DNA of 64,000 nucleotides from Candidatus Micrarchaeia archaeon (lineage in GTDB: Archaea; Micrarchaeota; Micrarchaeia; CABMEP01), in the NCBI GenBank assembly GCA_038886535.1, contig JAVZXS010000001.1, positions 160,001 to 224,000 on the forward strand. The letters are read 5' to 3'. The notes under the pieces are model-generated. The model did no database searches, was not told where the DNA came from, and saw only the letters and a program-made list of their open reading frames with translations. The first letter of the stretch is position 1; every line of letters starts with the position of its first letter. Shown one piece after another: positions 20,276-30,729 of this stretch. The translations under genes and the position numbers were made by a program.

Positions 20276-21556
20276 TTATTTTTTCAATCCAAAAACAACT
20301 CGTTTCTTTCCTTCTTTTAATTCCTCTTCTATTCTTAAGAGTCTATTATATTTTGCAGTTCTTTCTCCTCTGGCTGGTGCACCAGTTTTTATCTGTCCGC
20401 ACCCTAGTGCAACAGTAAGATCTGCTATGAATGTATCTTCAGTTTCACCACTTCTATGACTTACAACTACTCCGTAATCGCTGTTCATTGCTATCCTTGC
20501 AGCATTTATAGCCTCTGTAAGTGTGCCTATCTGATTTACTTTAAGAAGAAGCGCATTCGCAGCCTTTGCGTTTATGCCTTTCCTTAGTAGATTAATATTA
20601 GATACAAAACAATCATCACCAACTATTTGAACATCCTTTCCGCTTTCTCTGGTGAATCTGCTTAAGAGTTCCCATTCTCCTTCGTCAAATGGATCTTCTA
20701 TAGAGATGATTGGATATCTTTTTATCAATTCCTGATATTTTCTCATCAATTCTATTCCAGAGATTGTTTTTCCATCTATTCTATAGTATCCAAGCTCATG
20801 GAAAGATGAAGCTGCAGCGTCCAATGCAATAAATATCTTCTTTTGATATCCTGCCTCCTCTATAGCCTTCATAAGGAAATCCAACGCTTCCTCAGTTGTT
20901 CTTATCTGTGGAGCATATCCGCCTTCATCACCCACATTCCTTCCACTTTGCCCGTATTTTTTGACTATAAGATTTCCTAATATATGATAGACCTCTACTC
21001 CAGCTCTTAGCGCTTCTGAAAATGAATCAAAATTCTTCGGTACAATCATAAATTCCTGAATCGCAAGCCCGCTTCCGGCATGCTTTCCTCCATTTATTAC
21101 ATTCATCATTGGCACAGGCATTATTCTTGCATTTGGATTTAGATATCTGTAGATTGGAATTCCAACTGTATTCGCTGCTGCAGAACAAACAGCTAAGGAA
21201 ATCGCTGTTGTGGTGTTACCTCCAACTTTAGATTTCTGTTCTCCTCCCATTTCGATAAGAATCTTATCAATCTTATTTTGTTCACGTACATCCATTCCCT
21301 TAAGTCTTTTCTTAATCTCTGCAACTTTCTTGATCGCTTTTTTAACTCCTTTACCAAGAAATCTTTTATCATTATCTCTAAGCTCTAATGCTTCATTTTT
21401 ACCTGTTGAAGCCCCAGAAGGAGCAACCCCTCTTCCGCATCCTGATTTAGTGAATACATCTACCTCTATAGTGGGATTTCCTCTTGAATCTAATATCTCT
21501 CTAGCCTTCATATCTATTATCCTATATTCTTTATCTGTTTCAGATCCTGTTTTCAT
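20276..21556 (-). CDS. eno: enolase
   Basis: AREILDSRGNPT, PSGASTG, NVINGGKH, GDEGGY, LLKVNQIGT, SHRSGETED; ATG 21556 with SD avoids overlap with rad50. Confidence 0.98.
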   Translation of the reverse strand: MKTGSETDKEYRIIDMKAREILDSRGNPTIEVDVFTKSGCGRGVAPSGASTGKNEALELRDNDKRFLGKGVKKAIKKVAEIKKRLKGMDVREQNKIDKILIEMGGEQKSKVGGNTTTAISLAVCSAAANTVGIPIYRYLNPNARIMPVPMMNVINGGKHAGSGLAIQEFMIVPKNFDSFSEALRAGVEVYHILGNLIVKKYGQSGRNVGDEGGYAPQIRTTEEALDFLMKAIEEAGYQKKIFIALDAAASSFHELGYYRIDGKTISGIELMRKYQELIKRYPIISIEDPFDEGEWELLSRFTRESGKDVQIVGDDCFVSNINLLRKGINAKAANALLLKVNQIGTLTEAINAARIAMNSDYGVVVSHRSGETEDTFIADLTVALGCGQIKTGAPARGERTAKYNRLLRIEEELKEGKKRVVFGLKK

Positions 21557-21602
21557 AAGATCAACCTTTTCCTTTTCATTAAGTAAGAAATAAATATCAG
21601 TT

Positions 21603-23939
21603 TTATTCCAAGGGCGGGGTGGGTACAGTGATTTCTTCAAGTTCTTCAACCATGCTTGTCTCATTCATCTCTGGATGCCTCATTACTCTTACAAGTTTTC
21701 CGCTTGCAGCTTCCTTCATAAGCTCGTCATGCGTTATTACAAATGTCTGTTCAACTATTTGCGGTATATGGTCTCTTAATGTCTCTGCCAAAGTGCTTAC
21801 TGCTTCCTCATCCAAATTGTGAGTAGGTTCATCAAGTATTAGCCAGCTTAGATTAGGTGTAAGCACCATGGCAAATGCGATTCTTAATGCCAAGCATGCG
21901 AGCGCTCTTTCTCCACCTGACCCTATTCCGTCCACGCTTATGTAATCATTATTATACTTGAACATCAATTCATAGTCATTCTCAGAAGGTATGAGCTTTA
22001 TCAATTCGTAGTCAGAATAAGGATATACTTTCTTCCATATAGTGGCAAGCGCTTCATTTATTGATTCGATTAGTTCTTCTCTTAGATCATGCTGGGTCTC
22101 TACAATCGCAGTTGAGAATATCTGCAGCTCTGATATCAGTTCAGTATATAATTGGATTTCCTTAGTGTATTCTTTTATCTCTTCCATTCGTTTCTTCTTC
22201 TCTTCAAGCATTTTTATTAGGTATTTTTCTTTCTCAATTCCTTGCTCTATTTTTGATTTTATTTCTGCGCATTTTATACTTAATTCAGTTAGTTCTTTAT
22301 TCTCTTTCTCCCAAATATCTTCACTAAATTTTATATTTGAAATTTCTCTTTCTTTTTCAGCAAGACTTTGCGTTATCAAATTTAATTTCTGTTTCTTATT
22401 TTCTAGTTCCTTAATCCTCTCATATTTCTTTGTTATTTCCAGGTATTCATTGTTTATTGTTTTCAATTTTTCTTCTAATGATTTTCTTTTTTCATTTATA
22501 GATTCGATTTCTTTTTCTATCTGAGAGATTTTATTTCTGTATTCTATTTCTTTTTCTTCAACTCCTTCATACTCTGATAATAATGAGATTATTTTCTCTG
22601 CAGATTCTACATTTATTCGTAAAGATTCTTTTTGCTTTGTCAGTTCATTTATTTCTTTTTCAACCTTTGAGATCTCGTCTTGCATGCCTTTCTTCATTCC
22701 TTCCTTTTTGTTTATAAGCTCTTCTTTATGCTTGTCATTCAATTCAGAGTCACAAACAGGACAATGAGCACCCGCACTTCTTAATTCGCGAATTGATTTT
22801 TCAATCTCTGCAATTTCTGCCTTCAAGTTTGATTGTTTTTCTTTCAGCTTGTTCAGAGTTTCTTCATCCTTTGATAATCTAACCTTTAAGTTTTCAATGC
22901 TTTCATTTTTCAAATACAAATTCAATTTATTTTTTAAATCCGCCTTTATGCTTTTTTTCTTATCTATATTGTTTATCTCTGATTTCAAGAATGCATGCTG
23001 TTTAGTTACTTCTCTGTTTTCTGATTCTATTTCCATTTTTTCCTTTTCCAGCTTTTCTTTTTCATTTTTCTTACTGTTTAGAATAATTTCAATCTCTTTT
23101 AAACTCTCTTTTATTTCAGAAGAAGAAATTTCTTTTTCAAGCAATTCTTTGTTATGTTTTAGCCCAGTGATTTCATTTTGAAGTTTCCTGAATTTTTCCA
23201 TTTGTGCTTTAAGTTCATTAACTATTTTTTCCTTTTCATTTTTTAACTTCATTTGATTCTGAAATTCTGTATTGTATTTTTCGTTTTCTTTTTTGTTTTC
23301 AACATTTTCTATTTCTAATTTTTCAATCTCCTGACTGATTTTTGATGCATCTATATTTCTTATGAACGTTTCTTTATCACTTTTCATATTTTTTAGCCTT
23401 GATATAACAGTTGTTATATTTTTTCTTGCAATTTCAAACTTGTCAATTCCTATCAATTCATCTATTTGTCTTTTTCTTTCCCCTCTTCCTAAAGTTAAGA
23501 AATAATCAATTCTATTTTGTTCAGAATAAATTGCTCTTGTGAATAGTTCATAGTCTATTTCAAGAAGATGGGATATATAATCAGATACTCTTTCAGATTG
23601 AGGTCCCTCGATCCGGGTAGTACCTTTAAATATTTCAGCTTCACTTCCACCTTTTTTCTTTATCCTTCTTATGACTTTGTACTCTTCTCCTTTATGTTCA
23701 AATACCAAAGTAACTTCCGCTTCATTTTCTTCTTTCGGTCTATTTTTAATGAAATCAGTTATTTTCAATCTTCTGTGTTGTACTGCAGGAGTTGTGCCAA
23801 ACAAAGCAAAACAAATACCATCAATAATACTGCTTTTTCCACCACCCATTCTGCCTACTATTATATTTGTTCCTCTAGAGAAATTAATAGTGCTTAATGA
23901 ATGTGATCTCCAGTTTTTTAACGTTATGCTTTTTATCAT
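21603..23939 (-). CDS. rad50: DNA double-strand break repair ATPase Rad50
   Basis: Walker A GRMGGGKSS, long coiled coils with central CPVC zinc hook, SGGE signature, LILDEPTHNLD, VITH. Confidence 0.9.
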   Translation of the reverse strand: MIKSITLKNWRSHSLSTINFSRGTNIIVGRMGGGKSSIIDGICFALFGTTPAVQHRRLKITDFIKNRPKEENEAEVTLVFEHKGEEYKVIRRIKKKGGSEAEIFKGTTRIEGPQSERVSDYISHLLEIDYELFTRAIYSEQNRIDYFLTLGRGERKRQIDELIGIDKFEIARKNITTVISRLKNMKSDKETFIRNIDASKISQEIEKLEIENVENKKENEKYNTEFQNQMKLKNEKEKIVNELKAQMEKFRKLQNEITGLKHNKELLEKEISSSEIKESLKEIEIILNSKKNEKEKLEKEKMEIESENREVTKQHAFLKSEINNIDKKKSIKADLKNKLNLYLKNESIENLKVRLSKDEETLNKLKEKQSNLKAEIAEIEKSIRELRSAGAHCPVCDSELNDKHKEELINKKEGMKKGMQDEISKVEKEINELTKQKESLRINVESAEKIISLLSEYEGVEEKEIEYRNKISQIEKEIESINEKRKSLEEKLKTINNEYLEITKKYERIKELENKKQKLNLITQSLAEKEREISNIKFSEDIWEKENKELTELSIKCAEIKSKIEQGIEKEKYLIKMLEEKKKRMEEIKEYTKEIQLYTELISELQIFSTAIVETQHDLREELIESINEALATIWKKVYPYSDYELIKLIPSENDYELMFKYNNDYISVDGIGSGGERALACLALRIAFAMVLTPNLSWLILDEPTHNLDEEAVSTLAETLRDHIPQIVEQTFVITHDELMKEAASGKLVRVMRHPEMNETSMVEELEEITVPTPPLE

Positions 23940-24032
23940 TTGCTCACTTGCGGTAGTAATAGATAAATATTCTTATTTAAATATCTATTTTATAAAATAA
24001 GTATTAAAAGTATTCTATAGTAAGATTCCATT

Positions 24033-24593
24033 ATGCAGAAAGAGAATCTTAATACCGTAGGAAAGAAGTTTCTAGTGGACATAATGCTAATAAAACTAGG
24101 AAGATGGTTGAGAATACTTGGCTATGACTGCAAGATTCCAAAAGAGAGTGAAATAGAAGATGAAGATTTATTGGATATTGCAGAGAAGGAAAATAGAACA
24201 TTGATAACGATGGACAGATCTCTTTCCAAAAGAAAAACAAAAACAAGTATAATCTATATTCCTTCAGAATTTAATTCAGTAAAAGCACAACTTGAATTTT
24301 TAATTAAAAACAAATATATCGCTAATCCGATAGTTGGAGGAAATATCGAAGAAAGAGTCGAATCATTAGTAAGATGTTCAAAATGCGGTTCAATTCTTTT
24401 TGAGATAACGAAAGAAGAATTAAATGATATATACAAAAAGAAAATAGAAAAAAATAAAAGAGAGGATATTGATAAAGCCTTATCGTCCTATAATCTGTTT
24501 TGGATTTGTAAAAACTGCCATCAGATATACTGGAAAGGTAGTCACTGGAAGAAAATTATTGAATTTTTGTCAAAACTAGAAGTAAAAGATTAA
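24033..24593 (+). CDS. Mut7-C RNase (PIN-like) domain protein with Zn ribbon
   Basis: FLVDIMLIKLGRWLRILGYD, RCSKCG ... CKNCHQIYWKGSHW. Confidence 0.9.
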   Translation: MQKENLNTVGKKFLVDIMLIKLGRWLRILGYDCKIPKESEIEDEDLLDIAEKENRTLITMDRSLSKRKTKTSIIYIPSEFNSVKAQLEFLIKNKYIANPIVGGNIEERVESLVRCSKCGSILFEITKEELNDIYKKKIEKNKREDIDKALSSYNLFWICKNCHQIYWKGSHWKKIIEFLSKLEVKD

Positions 24594-24607
24594 GGAAAAT
24601 TAAAGCT

Positions 24608-25657
24608 CTAAGACACTTCTATGTTTTCATCCCATTTTTTCCATGCCTGTTCTCTTCTTTTCATGTAATCAAAGATAAGATCAGCACACATCCAAGGATT
24701 AACGAAAAATCCTATCTTTTCTTGTAGGTCTTTAGGCAGCTCTTTTTTCCTTATGTGTGTTCCATCCTCTCTCTTTTTCCAGCTTTGTGCTATTCTATAT
24801 ATGTCTATTCCAGGAAGATAGCCATTGCTCTTTGTAGACAAATATGGTTTTTTAAATTTCAGTATCTTTCGAATTAGATTTTTATCATCTTCTGGGACAA
24901 TTGACAATCTCTCCTTTAATGATTCATAAGAAGTAGGATATGGATTGCTATTTTTATCTGCAATTATATTTTCATAATACCAATGATTTCTTAGATAATA
25001 TTCTCCTTGTTGTATTAAGTTTGCAATAAGTGTTGATATGTCTGTCTTTTCTATGTTTTCATGAGATAACAGTTGTGCAGCATATGCATTCCTATATCCA
25101 ATTTCATATGCTGGATATTCAGGGTCATAATCTCGATTCCATTTTCCTTTATACAATGCAGCAAATAATTGATATATCTCTGCCTCGTTTAGGACATCAT
25201 AAAGAGAGTCTGGAAATCCACTGTGTATTTTTAATACATTGTCTATAATAGTCATTCTACTGAATTCATATCCATAGTAAACCCACAATGTTCCTTTTCT
25301 GCATTTATAAACGCACTTTTCATTTCTGTCTCCATCTTTTCTGTCTAGGTTTTCATAAATATTTTTTTCTATTATTCCAAAATTCTTCCTGTGTATTATT
25401 TTTATTTTTGCTTTTTTACCTTCTTCCTTTTTTTCATCTAATATGTTTTCTGCCTTTTCCTCTTTTTCTTTAGTTTCATCTGTTTCTTTCTTGCTATCGT
25501 CCTTTATTATTATTTTTTCATTTATTATTAGATCGGGAAATAGGCTTTCTTGCGATACAATTTTGTATCCTTCTTTTGGCTTGTAAAGGTGAGCGTGATC
25601 GCTCTCCCACCAGTTAATATTCTTTCTTTTCATATTCCTACCATTTTTAATATACAT
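24608..25657 (-). CDS. hypothetical protein
   Basis: 349-aa ORF with charged N-terminal region; no recognised motif. Confidence 0.65.
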   Translation of the reverse strand: MYIKNGRNMKRKNINWWESDHAHLYKPKEGYKIVSQESLFPDLIINEKIIIKDDSKKETDETKEKEEKAENILDEKKEEGKKAKIKIIHRKNFGIIEKNIYENLDRKDGDRNEKCVYKCRKGTLWVYYGYEFSRMTIIDNVLKIHSGFPDSLYDVLNEAEIYQLFAALYKGKWNRDYDPEYPAYEIGYRNAYAAQLLSHENIEKTDISTLIANLIQQGEYYLRNHWYYENIIADKNSNPYPTSYESLKERLSIVPEDDKNLIRKILKFKKPYLSTKSNGYLPGIDIYRIAQSWKKREDGTHIRKKELPKDLQEKIGFFVNPWMCADLIFDYMKRREQAWKKWDENIEVS

Positions 25658-25787
25658 CTATACTCTAGATATAATTTACTATACAACTATCATATATAAG
25701 CTTTTTTATTAATTGTTCTTATTAGTTTCATCAAAATTGTTTTTTCTTTTATTTATGGATTTTAAACTTTTCTTACAATATCTATAT

Positions 25788-26690
25788 ATGAGGAATAAAA
25801 GTCTAGTTGGTGCAAATTACCTCTTCAGCTTGAATGCATTCTTTAAACTAGTAAGAATAGAACATGCGTTAATGTATGCCATTGCAGTGCTTATAGGAGC
25901 AGTTATAGTAGGAGGTATTGAAGCAGTTTCGGTATTTATTTTAATAGGCGCATTGGCCGCTATGTTTCTTGAATTCGGCGCATTTGCGTTAAATGACTAT
26001 ATTGATTTAAAAGCAGATAGGATTAATGGGAGAATTGATAGACCACTAGTTACCGGAGAGATTTCTCCATCTATGGCACTACTGATCGGCTTCTTTTCAT
26101 TTATTTTTGCAAATTTGATTTCTTTTATTTATCTGCCTATCCAGGCGTTTTATATCATATTTTTATTTACTATACTATCTTTACTCTACGACTTCATTCT
26201 TAAGAATTTGCCGCTTATTGGAAATATTATAATCGCACTTACTATGGCAGTTCCATTTTTCTTTGGCGCATTCATTCTAGCATTTGAAAAAAGTATTCCA
26301 TCCACTCAATTCCAGCCTGCATTGTGCCTGTCTGCAATCGCGTTTTTTGTTGGATTAGGCAGAGAAATAATAAAGGACATCGAAGACATGAAGGGAGACC
26401 AGGCTATAGGAGGTAAGACCCTCCCTATTCTTATTGGAAAACGAAACGCTTCTAGATTTGCGGTTTTACTATTTTTTATCAGCATTGTTCTTTCAATTGT
26501 TCCATTCTTTACATTCTTTTCCGGAAGACCTTTGTATCTTACAGTTTTAATAACAGATATAATGCTTGCTGATGTTTCTTTACATGTACTAAAAGATCAA
26601 TCAATTCAAAATTTGAGGAAATCAAGAAAAATGAGTCTTATTGCAATTGGAATAGGATTAATTTCCTTCCTATTAAGTTCAATCTTTTGA
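25788..26690 (+). CDS. UbiA-family prenyltransferase, probable digeranylgeranylglyceryl-phosphate synthase
   Basis: NDYIDLKADRING..RPL and REIIKDIEDMKGD...TLP Asp-rich motifs; polytopic; start uncertain. Confidence 0.88.
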   Translation: MRNKSLVGANYLFSLNAFFKLVRIEHALMYAIAVLIGAVIVGGIEAVSVFILIGALAAMFLEFGAFALNDYIDLKADRINGRIDRPLVTGEISPSMALLIGFFSFIFANLISFIYLPIQAFYIIFLFTILSLLYDFILKNLPLIGNIIIALTMAVPFFFGAFILAFEKSIPSTQFQPALCLSAIAFFVGLGREIIKDIEDMKGDQAIGGKTLPILIGKRNASRFAVLLFFISIVLSIVPFFTFFSGRPLYLTVLITDIMLADVSLHVLKDQSIQNLRKSRKMSLIAIGIGLISFLLSSIF

Positions 26691-26708
26691 TTTTTATAAA
26701 TTGATTAA

Positions 26709-28565
26709 TTATTTTGTCAGTCTTCTTTTCTTTGCTTTTGATTCTACTTTGCGTTTTATCTTTCCAATTACAAAAAGAATTACAAATCCAACAAAAATAA
26801 CCCCTACTAAAAACGTAACTATAGAAATTATCTGATATGCAGATATTCTATTCGCTCTTTCTTCTAAGGTTTCTTCTGTTTTATTGCCGCCTATTATAAA
26901 TTCATTAACAAGAGAATCATTTTCATTTTCCATGCATATTTTTTCTGCATCTTTGTAATAATTTTCTAGATTTTCTGCGATTAATGCAATTCTTAATGCA
27001 GATAATTTATCTGTTTTGTTTATTTCTTTTGCATGGTTATTGAATATAACTGGCCAGATATAAGTATAATTTCTATGGATCAAAGAATTAAGGGTGGAAT
27101 CAATTTTTTCCGGAATGTCATTGTTAGAATTTGATGAACTAATCTCTTCAATATCAGAATAGGATTTTATATATGCAGCATCCACAAGTGCAGAGAGATA
27201 CCTTTCTTCTTCAAAAGCAGCTTCAGCTGATTTCATTCTGAATAACATGTCTGAATTGTTTGGGTCCACATCTAATCCTTTCAGAACTTCTTTAACATAA
27301 TCTCTAAGATTTTCTTCTTTAAATCTATTCTGCAAATCAGATTCAAATGTTTCGTTTTCAATTTTGTCAAGCATATGGTTTGCTGCAAGGCACCAGTACT
27401 TTGCATTAATTATATTGCTATATTTTGCTAACAAAGGAGAAATAAATTCATTCTTTTGTTTGCCAGTAGCAATATCGAATATTTCCTTCTCACTAATTGT
27501 TTCACTTAATTTAGTTTTTGCCCACATGTATCTAGTCTCAGCAGGACCTATAATTTGGAAGTTTTTATCGTTAATCTTTTTCTTGATTATGTTGTCCTTT
27601 TTCTCAAAAGTTTCTAAACACTCTTTTGTTTTTTTGTATTCTTCTATCATTCTTTCCTTGCTAAAAAGAGAGACCTCTTTATCTATGGAAAGCAGAAAAG
27701 CGATGTTTGCAGATGTGTAATATTGATTTGAATAGAATGCGTTTTTAGAGTTTTCAAGTCTAGATTGGAAGTTGTCTCTGTATTCGATTTGTGTTTCATT
27801 AATGTCTTTTTCTGCATCCAATATCATATTTTCGGTTACACTTTTTATCCAATCCAAGTAAATATGTGAGAAATTGACATAATTGAATTCATTAATTTTT
27901 TCAGGTGATAGCGATAGATTTTCAGAGTAGTTTATAGTAGAAGTCAAAATAGTATATGCTTCATTTATATCATCTGCCTGAAGTATCGTGATATTGTAGT
28001 ATCTCTTAAACATCAGAAGTTCAATCTTTTCGCTGTTTGTCATTTTTGGAAATATTATTCTTTTAAATCCAAGTTTGTACGCTGCTTCTGCTTTTAAAGG
28101 CAGTCCGCCAACACTTCCCACTCTCCCATTTGCATCTATAGTTCCAGTCATAGTGGTATCGGATCTCAGGTTTTTATTCTCAAAGCCGCTTAATATCATT
28201 GCTGTAAAGAGTGCACCCGCGCTTGGTCCTTCGATATAACTTACTCCATTATTTGATACCTCTAAAATAACGTCGCATTCAGAAATATTAATCCCGTCTT
28301 TTTCAGCCATCTTTCTGGCAACACTGTTAGCAATTAGTATTGATTTTTGGGTTTCTTCTCCTATTATTGGATCAAGGGAATAATATATTTTTCCAGATTC
28401 AGAAGAAATGCTTGGTATGATTTTAATATTTATTTTTATCATTTGACTTGAATTTTCATTAATTACTGCAGGCGCATATATACTTCTTTCAACTTCTATG
28501 CATTTAGAGAAATTTAAGCCAATTATCAATAGAAAAATTAACGTTGTCAATATTTTTTCATCCAT
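26709..28565 (-). CDS. secreted, membrane-anchored Lon-like (S16) serine protease
   Basis: EGPSAGA catalytic Ser, MTGTI, VGGLPLKAEAA catalytic Lys; signal peptide; C-terminal TM with basic tail; no AAA domain. Confidence 0.88.
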   Translation of the reverse strand: MDEKILTTLIFLLIIGLNFSKCIEVERSIYAPAVINENSSQMIKINIKIIPSISSESGKIYYSLDPIIGEETQKSILIANSVARKMAEKDGINISECDVILEVSNNGVSYIEGPSAGALFTAMILSGFENKNLRSDTTMTGTIDANGRVGSVGGLPLKAEAAYKLGFKRIIFPKMTNSEKIELLMFKRYYNITILQADDINEAYTILTSTINYSENLSLSPEKINEFNYVNFSHIYLDWIKSVTENMILDAEKDINETQIEYRDNFQSRLENSKNAFYSNQYYTSANIAFLLSIDKEVSLFSKERMIEEYKKTKECLETFEKKDNIIKKKINDKNFQIIGPAETRYMWAKTKLSETISEKEIFDIATGKQKNEFISPLLAKYSNIINAKYWCLAANHMLDKIENETFESDLQNRFKEENLRDYVKEVLKGLDVDPNNSDMLFRMKSAEAAFEEERYLSALVDAAYIKSYSDIEEISSSNSNNDIPEKIDSTLNSLIHRNYTYIWPVIFNNHAKEINKTDKLSALRIALIAENLENYYKDAEKICMENENDSLVNEFIIGGNKTEETLEERANRISAYQIISIVTFLVGVIFVGFVILFVIGKIKRKVESKAKKRRLTK

Positions 28566-28639
28566 TTAATCCCCGCTTATTAAAGTTTATAACAATTTGT
28601 ATTTTCTTAATAGCATATTTAATATTCAATTTTATAATG

Positions 28640-29920
28640 TTAATCAATAAGATTCATTCGCTTAAGGATTTCATATGTCACAAATCCGATAAATGTAATT
28701 GCTAATCCGATTAATATTACATTGACACCTGAGGTAGTTGCAAGCAGAAAACACGAGGCAGCAGCAAACATCGGAATTAAAGGAACACCGAAAATATCTG
28801 GAACTTTGAACGTTCGCTTGGAATAAGGTTTTGTATATCTAAACCAAACTAAAGCAAGATTTATGGTTGCAAAAGTGAAGAAGGTTGAAAAATCAGCACT
28901 GTATGCAACAAAGCTTATATCTTCACTTAGAACCGCAAGTAAAGAGAAAAATCCAAGTATCAGTGCAGCGATCCAAGGTGTTCTTCTCTTTTTAGAAACT
29001 TCCCCTAACGATCTGAGTATTCTTCCTCCTTCTCCAAGGCCATATAGGAGACGAGTAGTTGTAATAAGCATCAATAAAACAGTATTCGCAGTTGCAAACA
29101 ATGCAATTAGTGCAAGTATGATACCTGCATTGCTTCCCATTGCTTTTGATGCAACTTCTGCTAAAGGAGCATCAGAGTTGGCGAGAACTTGCCAGTCTAC
29201 AACACTTACAGCTACAATGGAAACAAGGAGATAAATAAGAGTAGATATTCCAAGAGAAAGAAGCGTTGCTTTCGGAATTATATTTTCAGCATTTTTTGTT
29301 TCCTCTGCCAATCTAGGTATGCTTTCAAATCCAAGAAATGCAAAGAATAAAAGGGATGCACCAAAGAATAATGCAGAATAATGAGAATCAGGAGGAAGTT
29401 CAAAATAGTCTACATTACCTATGTAAGGAAGACCTAAGAATATAACAATTAACAAACCAGCGATTTCTATGATTCCCCCAATGTTTGCGATTGTTACTGA
29501 TTCCTTAATTCCATACATGTTTAAAATAGTGAATATTATTATTATTGATGAAGCAGCGATCCAATATGGAACTTCTACAAAGTAATTTAAGTATTTTGCA
29601 AATCCAAGGCTTACTGTTGCGATACTAAAAACAGTTCCAACTACAAGGAGCCAATTTACAAGAAATGCCATTCTGTTTCCAAATGAATTTTTAGTATAAA
29701 CATATTCAGCTCCTGCCTTAGGAAACATCCCAGCTAATTCAGCATAACTCAAAGCAGTTAATCCAGCAACAATTCCGCCAATTAAGAAAGAAAGCCAGAT
29801 AGCATTTCCAACAATACCGGCTGAACTTCCGATTATTGCATATACTCCCGCTCCTATTATAATCCCAATTCCTGCAACTGTAGTATCAAAAAGATTCAGC
29901 TCTCTTTTCAATTTCTGCAT
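28640..29920 (-). CDS. APC-family amino acid permease
   Basis: GIIIGAGVY, YAELAGMFPKAGAEYVY, FAFLGFE, RTPW; about 12 TM helices. Confidence 0.93.
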   Translation of the reverse strand: MQKLKRELNLFDTTVAGIGIIIGAGVYAIIGSSAGIVGNAIWLSFLIGGIVAGLTALSYAELAGMFPKAGAEYVYTKNSFGNRMAFLVNWLLVVGTVFSIATVSLGFAKYLNYFVEVPYWIAASSIIIIFTILNMYGIKESVTIANIGGIIEIAGLLIVIFLGLPYIGNVDYFELPPDSHYSALFFGASLLFFAFLGFESIPRLAEETKNAENIIPKATLLSLGISTLIYLLVSIVAVSVVDWQVLANSDAPLAEVASKAMGSNAGIILALIALFATANTVLLMLITTTRLLYGLGEGGRILRSLGEVSKKRRTPWIAALILGFFSLLAVLSEDISFVAYSADFSTFFTFATINLALVWFRYTKPYSKRTFKVPDIFGVPLIPMFAAASCFLLATTSGVNVILIGLAITFIGFVTYEILKRMNLID

Positions 29921-29952
29921 TTAATCCCTTTTTAACTTATTCCAATATTAAA

Positions 29953-30549
29953 TTACATTCCAAATATTGCAAGTACTCCTTTCTTTATAAATTCTATTCC
30001 GAATGCTGCTAGTAGCAGACCCATAAATCTTGATATTATTTCTAATGTATTTGTACCTATTAATTTCACTATTTTATTTCCTATAATCATAACAAAGTAA
30101 GTTGTGATCAATGCGAGAATTAGTCCTAATATCGAAGGAACTAAACCATTGCTTTGAGAGATAAGTATCATTGTTGTTATGGATGCGGGTCCCGCAAGTA
30201 AAGGCGTCCCTAATAAAAGTGCTATTGTTGTCTTTTTGTCTTTTTCGTTTTTTTCTTTTATTATCTCTTGTCCTAGTACAATTTGGGTTCCAAGAAGAAA
30301 CATTAGAATTCCACCTGCTATTTGAAAAGATTCAATGGATATCCCAAATAGTTCAAGAAGTTTCATACCTAGGAAAAGTGCCACGAGCATTATTCCGCCA
30401 GCGATTATTATTCCTTCCTTCAATGTGGAATTTCTTTCCTTTTCACTCATTTTTCTTGTCATTGCTAAAAAAGGTGGAGCAGCCATAAATGGATCGAGAA
30501 TTGCTAAAAGAATAATAAATACGCTTAATATCTGCGTTAAAATTTCCAT
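29953..30549 (-). CDS. MarC-family membrane protein
   Basis: LAILDPF, LFGISIESFQIAGG, PLLAGPASI, SRFMGLLLAAFGIEFI. Confidence 0.93.
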   Translation of the reverse strand: MEILTQILSVFIILLAILDPFMAAPPFLAMTRKMSEKERNSTLKEGIIIAGGIMLVALFLGMKLLELFGISIESFQIAGGILMFLLGTQIVLGQEIIKEKNEKDKKTTIALLLGTPLLAGPASITTMILISQSNGLVPSILGLILALITTYFVMIIGNKIVKLIGTNTLEIISRFMGLLLAAFGIEFIKKGVLAIFGM

Positions 30550-30583
30550 TTTATCACATTAGAATCAATCAAATAAAAATAAG

Positions 30584-30657
30584 TGCGGCGGCCGGGATTT
30601 GAACCCGGGTCATGAGCTTGGAAGGCTCGCGTCCTAACCAGGCTAGACTACCGCCGC
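30584..30657 (-). tRNA. tRNA-Gly(TCC)
   Basis: Reverse complement folds as a cloverleaf: GCGGCGG acceptor, loop CTTCCAA, TTCAAAT T-loop. Confidence 0.95.
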
Positions 30658-30729
30658 TTCATACACCTTAATCTATAATTAAATTAGGAGTTAATATTTT
30701 TTAAACTATTCTATTTATTATTTTAAATA

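Noticed and set aside
21557..21664. 36-aa N-terminal extension of enolase overlapping rad50
   Set aside because: ATG at 21556 has an SD-like site and gives normal length; the extension is an ORF-caller artefact
21603..23939. Coiled-coil ATPase as the Smc partner of scpA/scpB
   Set aside because: It has a CPVC zinc hook rather than a hinge and is only 778 aa, so it is Rad50-type; smc is not in this window
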